Assembly (NCBI GenBank): GCA_965235115.1
Contig: OZ249436.1
Location: forward strand, 23,438,001-23,502,000
Source of the DNA: Laetmonice hystrix
Lineage: Eukaryota
DNA: 64,000 nucleotides
Direction: 5' to 3'
This document shows positions 1 through 13,437 of this stretch, piece by piece. The stretch's first letter is position 1. Every line of letters starts with the position of its first letter. The position numbers and the translations under genes were made by a program. A model generated the notes under the pieces. The model did no database searches. It was not told the DNA's origin and saw only the letters and a list, made by a program, of their open reading frames with translations.

Positions 1-1213
1 CCCCCCCCCATAAAAACAAATCCGGACAAATCCCATGCCTAATATAGTAATGAGTTACTATCCAAAATTACGCTAATTTCGCTTGTAATGAATTTGTACA
101 TGAACGCGAATCCATGTTCAACAAATTCATTGAGGCCGGAATCGCAATTTTAAACACCCAGATAAAAGCTCCAAGTGCATTTACATATTCGTCTTATCAA
201 TTTTATGTTAATTATGCTAATTAAGCATGCAAACAATATACAAATGAGTCTGAAGATACGTTTAATCAAATCCTTGGGGTCGAAAACATAGATTTAGACA
301 CAAAAATTGGGATTCTATGTTGATTTATAGGGAATCTATGATATATTCCTTTTTTGGGCGACCAGTAGGCCTCTGCTAATTAGGCTAATTACACTAATAC
401 TATCCAAAATTATGCAAATTTCGCTTGTAATCACTTTGTACATGGACTTGAAACCATGTTTAACATTTTCATTTAGGCCGTAAATGCAGTTTTAAGCACC
501 CTGATAAAAGCTCCAAGTGCATTTACATAGACTTTATCAATTTCATGTTAATTATGCTAATTAAGCATGCAAACAATATACAAATGAGTCTGAAGACACG
601 TTTAATCAAATCCTTGGGGTCGAAAATGTAGATTTCGACACCAAAATTGTGATTCTACGTTGATTTACAGGGAATCTGTGATATGTTCCTTTTTCGGGCA
701 GTCACTAGTTTGATGCTAATTAGGCTAATTACACTAATACTATCCGAAATTATGCTAATTTCGCTTGTGATAACTTTGTACATGAGCTTGAAACAGTGTT
801 CACCAATTTCATTTAGGCTGGAAACACAGTTTTAAGAACCCAGATATAACTTCCACGTGCATTTACGTAGAATTTACCATTTGTTTTATCAATTTTATAT
901 TAATTATGCTAATTAGGCTTTCAAATAATTAGCAAATGGGTCTAGAAATATGTTTAATGAATTCCTTAATTGCTACCGAAAACATAGATTTAGACACCAG
1001 AAATGTGACTCAAAGTCCATTTATAGGGAATCTATGATATATGCCTTTTTCGGGCTAATTAAGCTAATTACACTAATTGCCCAACATATACAAATTAGCA
1101 TGCGGCGGTTTTTGAGTCCCCACACATCATAGATTACATTTCCATCAAAATACCTTTGGGTACTCAACATTTCTGGGTTCACTATTGGCCATATAGGGCT
1201 GGCTACTAGACTA
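1..1213. repeat. ~340-bp diverged tandem repeat (about 3 units), possibly the subterminal array of a DNA transposon ending in ...CTACTAGACTA
   Basis: The motif ctatccaaaatta(c/t)gc(t/a)aatttcgcttgt recurs at about 58, 400 and 740; the array is followed by ctactagacta at 1203-1213. Confidence 0.7.
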
Positions 1214-1989
1214 CTTAGGGGTCGGGTTTGTTACCCACTCAGCTATTAAAACACACAGCTGAAGACGTACGAAGGTCCTATCTAGAATAGGCGAATGACG
1301 TTATGACTCCAACAAGTGACGTCACAGGAGAAAATTTTCATAAATTTGGCTTATCATCCCACCCTCTTTAAGCACTACAATTCTCATTAAGATCTGTTGA
1401 AAACTGCCAGAGATATGACTGCTTTCTGGTAAACTGACCATAGGCCTACATTCAAACTTTGATGTCACGTGACTCCGTTAAAATATGTCATATCGCTAAA
1501 TCCATGCTACAACTTCTGTGGATATCTAGGAGCAACCATTCTATGCAATTTGGCCCTCATTTAAAGAAAGCTACTTCAAAATGGTAGATTTATGTGAGAG
1601 ATGACCTGTGAGCCAGTTCTTAAGAAGGTCAAAGGTCATCAGTGAAACTTTGGTAAACAAAGTACATGTATTAAGGACCCATCCTTTTTTCTACTATATG
1701 AGAGATAGTTGCCCTGTTGGTATTTCTTTGGTCTCCGAAGAACATTTTTATAAATTTGGCTCAACATCCCACCTGTTTTAAACCCAAATAGTTTCATAAA
1801 GATCTCTTGAAAACTGCAAGCGATATGACTGATTTCTGGTAAAATGGCCATAGAACCCATCTTTTAGGTCATATGACTGACCATCAAATTGAAAGAGATA
1901 ATATAGGCCTACGGTAGCTCAAGAGTTGTCCTAAATATGAAAATTTGCATTTTGACGTTTTGAATACGGAAAATGTCACATAAAAATAC

Positions 1990-2062
1990 TTTCCCTTAGA
2001 TTCGAACCCGTGATCTCCAGCTTTTCGGTCGGGTATGTTACCGACCCAGCTATAGTGACACA
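1990..2062 (-). repeat. Degenerate tRNA-derived sequence (SINE-head-like)
   Basis: Minus strand has an A-box-like tagctgggtcgg and a B-box-like gggttcgaatct; no clean acceptor stem. Confidence 0.3.
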
Positions 2063-2343
2063 CATACCCAGAAGTATGAAGGTGCTATCTAGAATAGGTG
2101 AGTGACGTCATGGTGCGAAAAAGTGATGTGACAGGAGAAAATCTTCATAAATTCGGCTTATCATCCCACGCTCTATAAGCACAACAATTTCCATTAAGAT
2201 TTCTTAAAAACTGCCAGAGATATGACCGATGTGTGATAAACTGGCGATAGAATCAAACTTTGATGTCACGTGACTCCGTCAAAATAGATCATAGGGGGTA
2301 TCGCTAAATCCATGCTGAAACTTCTGCGAATATCTAAAGTGCG

Positions 2344-3440
2344 GCACCGTAAGTTGGGACCTTGGGAGGTCATCCAGTTTAACCCCCACTTGAAACTCCA
2401 GAAAGTGATATAGGCTACATGTATATTGTTCTAGTTGATAACAGTCTGAAGAGTTTGTCTTAATATTGATGTAAACCTGAATGTCATTAAAATTAATCCT
2501 TATTTTTTAGTTATAAACAACATTATTTTGAAGCGCTGATGCTTTGAGCTGGCCGAGTGTCTTGGGCTGGTAGACCCGTAAACACGTTCATTGTAGAGAC
2601 TGGCCGGCGACAACGTCATCATAATCTGCATTGGCTACAATTTAATAGCCTGGGTTCAATATGTTTGTGCTTTCATTGTCACTTGTGACATCATTGTTAA
2701 CTACGTATTTTGATACATAATATTACAATGTTTCACTGGCAAAAAGACACTGGGTGCCTCGTTAAGTCAACTGTGGCTGTGACGTCATAGACATGACGTG
2801 CGGTGCAGTCTTGAATAGAAGGCTAGATCTAACGTAGACTGCACTCTTTTGCTGTCTAGCTCTCGTTTTATCAAAAGTTGCATTAAAATACTACATAAGC
2901 AGAAACTTAAAAGGTCAGTAGATATTCTCAGTTTAGTATAGCATTGTAATTAACCTTTTTAAACATCACCGTAGGCCCCTGATCCGACAGAGCTTGGTTT
3001 GGAACATGGCTTTCTGTTGTGATATTTAACGTTATTATCAAGTTTTGGGCACTTTTGAAATTTCCATACAAAGCTCGCTGTGTTCATAACTATAAGGAGT
3101 CTCACTAAAAGGAAGACATCCTCGGAGACCTTATGATGTGGGGAATAATTCTGGCTACTTTTTTGTATAGGTCGTCGCCACAGATTTTGTGTGGCAGCCT
3201 GCCAAACACGGAAAGGTCACACGTTTTTGGAAGTTTTCATAAAAAGTTTCTATGGTTTATATACCTAGAAAGAAATGAAAATGATATGTATCTGTCTAAT
3301 TTCTATACTAGCTCATAGCCTCGAATCTCTACTTTCATTTGCCACCAGTCCTGTCCCGATCGACCAACTATGCACACCACGAGCATAGGATCTACTTTTA
3401 ATCAGCTGAGGTATCAAAAACTAAGATTTTGGGTCCCACG
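2344..3440. mobile_element. Diverged copy of TIR element A (see 4351-12232), right terminus lost
   Basis: Starts gcaccgtaagttgggaccttgggagg and is colinear with 4355-5340. Confidence 0.75.
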
Positions 3441-5575
3441 TGACCTAAAAAAATAATGGTTTCAAAAGAGAGAGCATACGACTTCCTATTAGCATTTACT
3501 AGTAACTGTGGCTCTACGTTGAACCATTCACAAGTTATAGTCTTGTGAATACAGATAATCTCCTGGTGACGTCATAGGTCATGCGACATAAAAATAATGG
3601 TGCCAAGCAGAAGAGAATATATGACTTCCTATAAGTGTTCAGTAATAAGTATAACCCTATGTTCAACCATTTACAAGTTATAGCTCTGTGAATATATAGA
3701 CAATCTGCTGATAACTTCATAGGTCACGTGACCTGAAAAATAATGGTGTATAATGAAAGAGCATATATGACTTCCTATATGCTCTATAGTAAGTTTGACT
3801 CTATCTTGCACCATTGTTCAGTTATAGCCCTATATTCAGACCCATGTTTGAGGTCACGTGACTTCCTTAATGTATACCATCGTTAGGAGGCCTGTAAAGG
3901 ACGCCTCGTGGTGGAGAATTGTGCTATTATCGTTAAATATTACAGTGATTCAGCCAACTTCCTGATTACATGCAAAATATACACATTTCAAAGTCACGTG
4001 ATTCAGCCATATGACGTCATATTTTTAAATAGCTGCCATCAACCGATCAGGTCCAGTATGTGGAAGGTATAAATCAAATTTGGAGACGATTCTGCAAGAA
4101 ATGAAGGAGTAGATAGATTTTGACTGTTTTCTATGGCTTGACCTGTATGTCAAAGGTCAAAGGTCAAATGTATGTGGTAAATGATAAAGGTACAAGTCCT
4201 AAGTAAGATGACATAAATAAGTTTTGTCTATCTCTAAGTGGAAGTGTACCACGTGATCTCAAAGTTGCCGAATATAATACGTCATAACATGACGTCATCA
4301 CGTCATATGACGTCATATGTTGAGGTCTCCATGTCATGATGTATCTATAGTCCTGCACCGTAAGTTGGGAACTTGGGAGGTCATCCAGTTAAACCCCCAC
4401 TTGAAACCCCAGAATGTGTTATTATATCGTTCTAGGTGATAATAGTGTGGGCAGTTAGTCTTAATATTTATGAAAACCTGAATGTTATAAAAATGAATCC
4501 TTATTTTATAGTTTGAAACAGTGTTATTTAGAGTGCTGCTGCTCAAAAACCTGTACTGGCCGGGTGTCTTGGGCTGGTAGAGCTGTCAACACGTTCATTG
4601 TCATCGCTTGAGCCAGAGACTGGCCGGCGATAACGTCCTCATAATCTGCATTGGCTACAATTTTATAGCCTGGGTTCGATCTGGTTGTGCTTTCATTGTC
4701 ACTTGTGACATCATAGTATAGTTAACTACGTATTTTGATACATAATATTACAATGTTTCACTGACATAAAGACAGTTTGCCTCGTTAAGTCAACTGTGGC
4801 TGTGACGTCATGGAGAGGACGTGCAGCGCAGTCGTGAAGACTAACGTAGACTTCACTATTGTGCTGTCTAGCTCTCGTTTTATTTAAAGATGGTTAAAAA
4901 TACTATAGAAGCAGAGACTTCGAAGGTCAGTAGATATTCTCAGAAAATGATAGCATTATAACACCTCTGTAAACAGCCAAACAAAACTCGCTGTATATAA
5001 AACTATAAGGAATATTGCTAAAAGAAAGATAGCTATGAAGACCTTACGATGTGGGGAATAATTCTGGGTACTTTTTTGTATAGGTCGTCGCGACAGATTT
5101 TGCGTGGCAAGACCGGCTAGGTAGAAAAGTCACAAGTTTTCAGGTTTTTTATACTTTTTTCATGGTTTTTAAATGGCCATACCAAAAAGAATCCTTAAAT
5201 CTATTTATTAAATTTCATACTGGACAAAAGCTGGATATCTCTAGTTTCCTTTGCAACAATTTCCCTGCGAATTGATTCATTATTACCACCGCGAGCATGT
5301 TTTGAAGCACCCAAGGTCAGAAAAACTAAGCTTTTAGTCCCCAACTTACGGTGCAGGGGCCCGTTTCATAACTAAGTTTGTGCGCTCGCTAAGGTCTAAA
5401 ACGCGTTAATCAACGAAAAACGCGTTAAACCGTTGCATAACTAGTAAAGCGGGCGTTTACTTACGAAATTTTGCGTTATTTCCGTGTTAAATGGATTTTT
5501 TTTAGCGCGGATAAAAAAGGTGTGGATTAAGTCTTCGCTAACTGATTTATCGCTAATTAACGATAGTATCGTTAA

Positions 5576-6227
5576 CCCTTGTAAGGGCACGTGGGGTATT
5601 TTTTGACCCCAAGCGGGTATTTTTGAAAATATTTTCATTAACACTGAAATTTGAATTCATCACTTCTATGATATCGTTTCCTAGTTGATTTTTAACATAT
5701 TCATTTAAAGATTTTATTGTCATGTCGACAGAGTCGGCTGGCATGCTTATTAGTTTCATGAAAAAGCTGTTGCTGGGCACCAGGGGTCTTTTTGGACCCC
5801 AAGCTTTGAAAACGCCTTTTTCCACTAGATGTCTCTTACTCAAGACGGTTAAAATGCCACCTGCTGACTTTGGGCCAAAGTCTCCTCATCTTCCATGTAT
5901 AACAGTATTCAGGAAATGCGTGTAACTATGAAGCATTTGATGAAGCTTTTTCTGGTATAGGTGCTTGTAAGGGCACGTGGGGTATTTTTGGACCCCAGTT
6001 TCTACTGTCCATCCTGATTTTGTCAAAGTTCGAAAAGTGTTAAGATGATTTTTTGGTTAGGAGTTTTTGGTACAGGTAAGTCTTTAGAATGTTTAGTTCG
6101 AATAAAAAAATATGTTTTAAATTATTTGTCTGTTTAAATTTTGCAAGTTTTGATAACCTAAAATGTGGGGTCTAAAAAAAACCCTTGTGCCCTACAAAGC
6201 AACTCCCTGGACGTGCCCTTACAAGGG
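5576..6227. mobile_element. piggyBac-like MITE
   Basis: TIR cccttgtaagggcacg; TTAA on both sides; absent from the second copy of element B. Confidence 0.85.
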
Positions 6228-8587
6228 TTAATTAACACATTATTTACACTGAGCACATCAACAAATGTGGCGGCTAGGACAGTGCAATACCAACGTAATG
6301 CCATCCAAAATCCTGATATTGTGGATAATGAAGATTTTATGTCATATATTATATGACATGAAATATTTCTCATTATTCACATATGTCTTGATGACAGTGG
6401 GGGTACCATACAGAGTGACCCGGGGACATCTAGTATAGGATTGTATTGGTACGAAAGCCCAGAAGGCTCATGCGAAATTCGAGATTCGAAATTCGAGATT
6501 CGAAATTCGAGATTCGAAATTCGAGATTCGAAATTCGAGATTCGAAATTCGAGATTCGAAATTCGAGATTCGAAATTCGAGATTCGAAATTCCATATCTG
6601 ATCTGACCAATCGGAATTCTTGTTTCATATGCCCTATACCTAGATCTCTTTTATTAAAGGGGGAGCTGGAGTATAAATAGGGCGGAACAGCCTTTGAACC
6701 AGTAGGGTGCTAATGATGTCAACCAGGAAAGAGCTCCGCCTGAATTTACTGAAATATCGCAGATATAAGTGGAACAAAGAAGGTTAACTCGAAAATTTTA
6801 TGTCACATTTGTTCATGAACATCTTAAGAAACGTCTGTATTAATATGAAAAAAAATGGCCAGCTAAAAAAGGTACTACCAGAGATTTTTCCATCGCTTTC
6901 GTCAGTTAGATTCAAATGTTGTCGCTGTTCCCCCTGCGGCTTTACACCCCCTGGTTATGTAGCCATTACGGCCCACCCTCCACCCGGTGACCGCTGGACT
7001 TGCTGCAAGGAGGCCCTGATGGGAGATTACCACCCAGGTTACTTGGGGAACTCGGGCACAGTCACTGAGTATGCATCACATAAAGGATTTACACAACCAA
7101 GGAGTGCCATTGGGAAGTGATGTATGTCTTCTAGGAAGCATAGGATCTAAGTTGATTTTTAAAACTTTTTCTGAGAATGCTCAGGGCCTAGGGCAAATGC
7201 GTATTGTACTTCAGTTGTGACAAATGTGTTTTCTCCCAACCCGACCCGACCGTATTGTACTTCAGTTGTGACAAATGTGTTTTCTCCCAACCCGACGCAT
7301 GTGTATGTGTAGGCAGGGCTACCACAACATACAGTCTTGTCCCCACACAGGGCCCCCCTTATGCTAGACAGTGGGGACCGTGCGGGCGGGCTCCTGCCAG
7401 TGACTACCGCACACTTGATGGTTATCTAATAGGTCTAATGGGAGACCCAGCAGGGCTCCAGTTGTTAGGGTCCTAACAAAAGTTACCCCTTTAAGCCCCT
7501 TGGACGAACGGACTCAGAAAGCTGTTTCTTTAGGCACGGCGCGGCCTACGCATTTAGGTCTTATAGCATAACCTACTTAGGTCTAATCTATGCACGCAGT
7601 TAATTAGGCCATGGCCTATAGATCTAGCTATATCCTCGTAGGCCTAGTGGCGGGCTTTATATCTCTCCTATAGCCTAGGCCTATTAAAGCAGTTTAAAAC
7701 TTAAATATTAGGCCTAGGCCTATAGACCTATCTAGGCCTAGGCTAATCTAGCGTAGTAGGGCTAGGCCTACTAATCAAATTCGCAAATTAGGCCCAACGC
7801 CTGGGACTTACGTGTAGATCTAGGCCCCATATAGGACTATAGGCTAATTAAAGACTATAGGCCTATGACGCAGTCACTGGCGCCGATCGGGGCCGATTAT
7901 GACCCGATTGCCCCATTCGGGCCTATAGACCATCTAGGCCTAGACTCATTGGCCGTGTTATCTGATTGGTCGATTTCATGGTAGATATGCAAGCTCTCTA
8001 TATAGGATTGGTCAAATCAGATTTCGAGAATCAGATGACACGGCCAAATAATGAGCCTAGGCCTAGGCCTAGATATGTCTATCTAGCCTAGGCCTAATAT
8101 TTATATTTAAGTTTTAAACTGCTTTATTAGGCCGAGGCTATAGCACAGATAAAGCCTGCCACGAATACGAAGATATCGCTATAGAGTCTCGGCCTAATTA
8201 ACTGCGTGCGTAGATTAGACCTAAGCAGCTTAGGCTAAAGGCCTAAATGCGTAGGCCACGCTGTGCCTAAAGTAAAGAAACAGCCTTCTGGCTTCATTCG
8301 AAATTCGAGATTCGAGATTCGAAATTCGAGATTCGAAATTCGAAATTCGAAATTCAATATCTAATCTGACCAATCGGAATTCTTGTTGCGTAGGCTAGCC
8401 TATAGATGTAGATCTAGGCCTACGCCCTTGTACGAAGGGAGCCGTTTCTATAGGCACGGCGGCCTACGCATTTAGAATCTAGGCCTAATAGACTTTTTAG
8501 CTGCTTACGCACGCAGTTAGGCTATCTTCGTAGGTCTAGACGTAGGCGGGCTTTAGGCCTATCTCATAGGTTCCTCTGAGTCCTAGC

Positions 8588-8715
8588 CAGGGCCGGATCC
8601 AGGATGAATGGACTACCTGACATGGACAAGGGTCAGTAGGCCTATATGGGGGGACAAGAACCCTGCTTTCGAAAAATTTCGGGGGGGGGGGCTGCGCCCC
8701 CTAAATCCGCCACTG
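8588..8715. mobile_element. Small CAG..CTG MITE with 5-bp TSD (hAT5-like)
   Basis: cagggccggatcc...aaatccgccactg flanked by ctagc/ctagc. Confidence 0.6.
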
Positions 8716-9146
8716 CTAGCCTAGCCTAATAGGCCTAAAGCAGTTTAAAACTAGGCCTAAATATTAGTAAATTTATTAGGGCCTAATCTCGTGGAGAGAA
8801 GATGCATGAAATTATTTTGCCGTGATCAGCTGGTTGACAGATCAGTAGTCATTCGTAGCATACTGGGTAGCGTGGCCTGCTGATGATCAGAAGGTCGTGG
8901 GTTCGCGTCCAGCCATAACTATGATTTTTTTGTTGTTGTTGTTTTCCCTCATTTTTCAAAAAGGGTAAAGCCCGACCATCGGCCGATCATCGCTGAACGT
9001 TAATAGGGACCTAATAGTTGCAGCGATCCGGCCGTCGGCTGACCGATTGCTGAGAGTTAAGTGACGTGAACTTTGACCTGACGTCGAGCGATGGTCGGCC
9101 GATGGTCGGCCGATGGTCGGCCGACGGACCGGCCTTTGCTAGTTAA

Positions 9147-10453
9147 AGCCCCAGTCCCACCAAAGCCGAATTAGCTACGACGTGTCACGATCTGATAAAT
9201 CGTGTAGAATCGGGAAAGGTCCTAACTCGGTCGTAGAGTAGTCTTGATAGATCCTCATAGGTCGCGACAATTTTGAACTGTTCAAAACAATCGGCATTGG
9301 TCGGGAAAAAGCTCAGATCGGGGCTATATCGTAGGTCAAACGTTGCTCAGTCGGGAATATAGTCGGGGAACAATCGGGATAGTTCGTTGTTCAGTCCTGG
9401 TTTATCGTAGGACAATTGCCAGAAAATTAATCCCCACTCCCACCAAAGCCGATTGTACTACGTTCCATGCCGTTCTATCAAGATCTAAAATTTATTTTAA
9501 GTCGTGATGAATCGTGATGAAATAATGACAACCCAAAGACCTAGCTACGAATTGTCACGTTCAACGGCGACTGGGCAACGGTTTTCCAAAGATCTCTCAA
9601 CGATCACGCTGCGTGCTATCATGTTCTATCTCGACATCCCCCCGACCTTCCCGACCGAGAAACAATTCTCTGCCGACCTATGCAGATTGAGCTACGTCCT
9701 ATCAAGAACCCGACCCGATGTTCGACCAACGATGTAGCAACGTTCTATGCCGTCTGAGCCCCAGCCGAGCTACGACCTGTCACGATGACGTCAGGGCTAG
9801 ATCTAGGAAATGTCTGGCGATTGTCCTACGATCAACCAGGACTGAACAACGAACTATCCCGATTGTCCCACGACTATTCCCGACTGAGCAACGTTTGACC
9901 TACGGTATATCCCCGATTTGAGCTTTTTCCCGACCAATGCCGATTGTTTTGAACAGTTTAAAATTGTCGGGGTGCAATCGTGGCCTATCCCGACCTATGA
10001 GGATCTATCAAGACTACTGTGCGACCGAGTTAGGACCTTTCCCGATACTACACGATTTATCAGTTCGTGACACGTCGTAGCTAATTCGGCTTTGGTGGGA
10101 CTGGGGCTTTAGCCCTGATCTAGACCTGTTGTCATCGGGACAGGTCGTAGCTCGGCTGGGGCACGGCATAGAACGTTGCTACATCGTTTATCAATCTTGG
10201 TATAGGTCGCCATACATCGGGCCGGGATCTTGATAGGTCGAAGCTCAATCTGCATAGGTCGGCAGTGAACGTTACTTTAGTCGTTGTGCTGTCGGGAAGG
10301 TCGGGCCGATGTCGGGATAGAACATGATAGATTCGTAGCTAGGTCTTCGGGTTTTCATGATTTCATCACGATTCATCACGACTTAAACTAAATTTCAGAT
10401 CTTGATAGAACGGCATAGAACGTCGTACAATCGGCTTTGGTGGGACTGGGGCT
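9147..10453. mobile_element. Harbinger-like MITE D containing an inverted copy of itself (9430-10108)
   Basis: TIR agccccagtcccaccaaagccga; TWA flanks; the inner copy is the reverse complement of the outer and is flanked by tta/tta. Confidence 0.8.
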
Positions 10454-10456
10454 TTA

Positions 10457-10620
10457 GGCCGGTTTATAGTCCGTCTGCCGACCATCGACCGACCATCGCT
10501 CGACGTCAGGTCAAAGTTCACGTAGACTTAACTCCCAGCGATCGGTCGGTCGACGGCCGGATCGCTGGACACGTTCAGCGATGGTCGGCCGATGGTCGGC
10601 CGACGGACTATAAACCGGCC
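10457..10620. mobile_element. Short palindromic MITE
   Basis: ggccggtttatagtccgtc ... gacggactataaaccggcc; related partial copy at about 8970-9135. Confidence 0.7.
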
Positions 10621-12313
10621 TTTATAGCTACAGGGAAGTCAATCAGCATGACATTATCTGATTGGTCGATTTCATGGTAGATATGCAAGCTCTCCTAGGA
10701 TTGGTCAAATCAGATTTCGCGAATTTCGAATTTCGAATTTCGAATTTCGAATTTCGAATTTCGAATCTCGAATTTCGAATTTCGAATTTCGCATGAGCCT
10801 TCTGGGCTTTCGTATATTGGCAATAACATGTCTTCATCGCGGGATACCAATAATTATACATGCCTCCTCCTCTCTATCTAGCCGTCGTTTAGCAGAGGTT
10901 CAACAAGGAGACGGGGGGGTAGACAATGAATTATCGCGGTTTTCATACCAAAGAACCTGTCATTCAAACATTTAGATAATATATTTTCTTGCAATGAACA
11001 CACTATACATACAGTTCGTGTCACCAACACATAATATTTTATTTAAATTTTAGCAACGCTTGGTTCGTTTCCTTTTAGGATAGGGGCCATAGGCGTGGGA
11101 ACCATATTTTCATTGGAGGGGAGGGAGACTGGGGCATGGCCCGGCAAAGCGCTGGGGGGGGGGGTCAAACCCACCTTGGCAACCAATGTCTCTTTTTCCC
11201 CGATAGAACATCTGAATTGACCGTGCTGACCCCTCTCCCTTAGCAAATTTTACCTCTGAACCCCCCCCCCCCTTACAAAATCCTAGACCCCCCCCCCCCG
11301 CATCACTGCAGTGCCGTCATGAAATGTGCATCAACAAGTAAACTTTGTCTCCTTACTGCTGCCACTGAATAGGACATCATAATATTGTGATGCTTGGAAT
11401 CCATTTTTGGTTTCCTGGCAGTGGCATATCTCTGTTATTAAAATATAACTGGCAAATAATAGGGAGGGGGCGAAACTCAATCAAATTAAAATTAGATCTT
11501 AGTTGTTCCATACTAGGCCCCTATATAGGTATGGAGCGGAGTCAGCACTGGCACAACCGATATAGACGTGGAATACCAATAACTAATTTTAATTAGATTG
11601 GGGCGAAACAATATTATTCCCGCCAATACAAAGTTGGCGAATCGCCACCTTGCCCGCACCCCTCGGTTCCCACACCTGGCACAACGGAGGTGAGCCCCTG
11701 TGTTTGTGAATCCTCTTCCACCAAAACTTGGCCCGTTACAAGCGTTGGCGCTACAAAATAACAGTAGGCCTAATCAAAATATTATGATAACACAGATTCA
11801 GAGATGACTATTGGGGGCGCATTACTAAAACCTGATGACAATATATTATTCTGGAAAGAACGCTCCTCTCCTTTCACATCCGCGTCCTCTGACGAAATGT
11901 ATGAGATTGCACTACTAAGCATTATACTCACCTCTTCACACTAGAACATTTTGGGGATGATTAGGGCCTACTTAAGCTGATAATCTTCTAATAAATCTTG
12001 TAGTACGCAATCGAACCGCAAGGTGGTGATTGGTGACGCAAGCACAAGCGGCCTTTTCAGCGTTAAATAACGAATGCGTATATTAACGAACCCAACGTAC
12101 ATCTTTTTACGCGCGATCATTTTACGAGTTATGAAACGGCGTTACGCAAAATGCGTTAAACTTCGCGCTAGTATATAAACGAGCGCGTACTAATTAGCAT
12201 TTTCTTAACGAGTTATGAAACGGGCCCCTGGACTATAGCCTGGAAGTTTCATCCAGAAATCTTGAAAACTGAGGGAGATATTCACCAGACCTTAACTACT
12301 ACTACCACTACCA

Positions 12314-12349
<36 letters not shown>

Positions 12350-13437
12350 CTACTACGACTACGCCTATAATAATAAAAATGGGTCAAGTTTTCCATCCTA
12401 ACCCCAATGGTGAAAACCAGACATTAATACCTTTAACCGTTTTCGAAATATAATTGATTTTTGGTTGAAAATGAAATAAAAAGGGTGATGGAGCCAGATG
12501 GGGTCACGTGACAGCACTTAAATAGGGAAATGAAAGGTCATATAAGATGTCCCATGAGTTTAATTAGTAACCATGTACCCATCTGGCTCTTTCTCCAAGT
12601 TATGGTCATCTGAAAATACCAATGACGTCATATAGTCACATAGAGTCACGTAACCTAATCAAAAATGGTGTCATTTGAAAGGCCATATACGACTTCCTAT
12701 CTGGCTTCAATAGTAACTATGGGCCTATCTGGCTATGTTTCCAAGTTAGTGCTAGCTGAAAACGCTGATGACGTCATACTGCCATATACGGTCACGTGAC
12801 CTAATTAAAAATAGTGTCATTTAAAAGGCCATATATGACTTCCTACCTAATTAAAAATGGTGTCATTTGAAAGGCCATATATGACTTCCTATCTGTCTTC
12901 AATAGTAACTATGGGCCTATGGCTCTGTTTCCAAGTTACTGCTAGCTAAAAATACTGATGACGTCATACAGTCATGTAGGGTCACGTGACCTCATTATAA
13001 ATGGTGTCATTTGAAAGGCCATATATGACTTCCTATCTGTCTACAATAGTAACTATGGGCCTATCTTATTGCCATATATGTGTCATGAATGTGTAAATTG
13101 ACCCATTTACCAAAATTCAAGGGCCCATATCTGGGTCAATATGGGTCAAATGGAATTTATGTGACCTTCACCTTTTGAATCCGGCCATGTAGTCTCCCAG
13201 TAGTCAATTTCAGCCTCATTTCACTAAAATTCTGGGGCGTGAATCGATTTTGTCACGTTTAGACCTATGACCCTTACCCCCAAGAAGGTCAAAGGTCAAA
13301 GGTCAAACTATACTCCACAATTTTGTAGGCCACTTGTCCAATAATGATTATGGCAATAATTTTACCATGAATAGAGGCCCATATATATCTGGAACCGTTT
13401 TAACGTCATTACGTCAAGACCTTTCGTCATATGACGT

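Larger units (their letters stand above)
6450..10814. mobile_element. TIR element C with heptamer subterminal arrays, IS3EU-like non-autonomous
   Basis: TIR tacgaaagcccagaaggctcatgcgaaattcga; 6-bp TSD tattgg, single in copy 2 of element B; TAC..GTA termini; (gaaattc/gagattc)n arrays at about 6474-6591, 8298-8356 and 10720-10790. Confidence 0.75.
5357..12227. mobile_element. Non-autonomous PIF/Harbinger-like element B, expanded by nested insertions
   Basis: TIR gggcccgtttcataact at both ends; CWG flanks (cag/ctg); a second, inverted copy at 44400-46639 defines the empty sites. Confidence 0.85.
4351..12232. mobile_element. Non-autonomous TIR element A (~1 kb of its own sequence; right TIR interrupted by element B)
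   Basis: TIR tcctgcaccgtaagttggg / cccaacttacggtgcag[B]ga; ctatag on both flanks (4345-4350, 12233-12238); host repeat resumes after 12238. Confidence 0.75.

Noticed and set aside
6377..6680. ORFs with SKFEIRN/RISNFE repeats (also 10643-10861)
   Set aside because: They are translations of the 7-bp subterminal arrays of element C.
8845..8915. tRNA-like sequence (also about 52825-52890 on the minus strand)
   Set aside because: Only box A/B-like motifs; I could not build a cloverleaf, so not called as a tRNA gene.
12262..12453. Poly-Thr, poly-Ser and poly-Leu ORFs (also 32492-32767 and 37297-37563)
   Set aside because: These are (cta)n and (gaa)n microsatellites at the ends of interspersed repeats.
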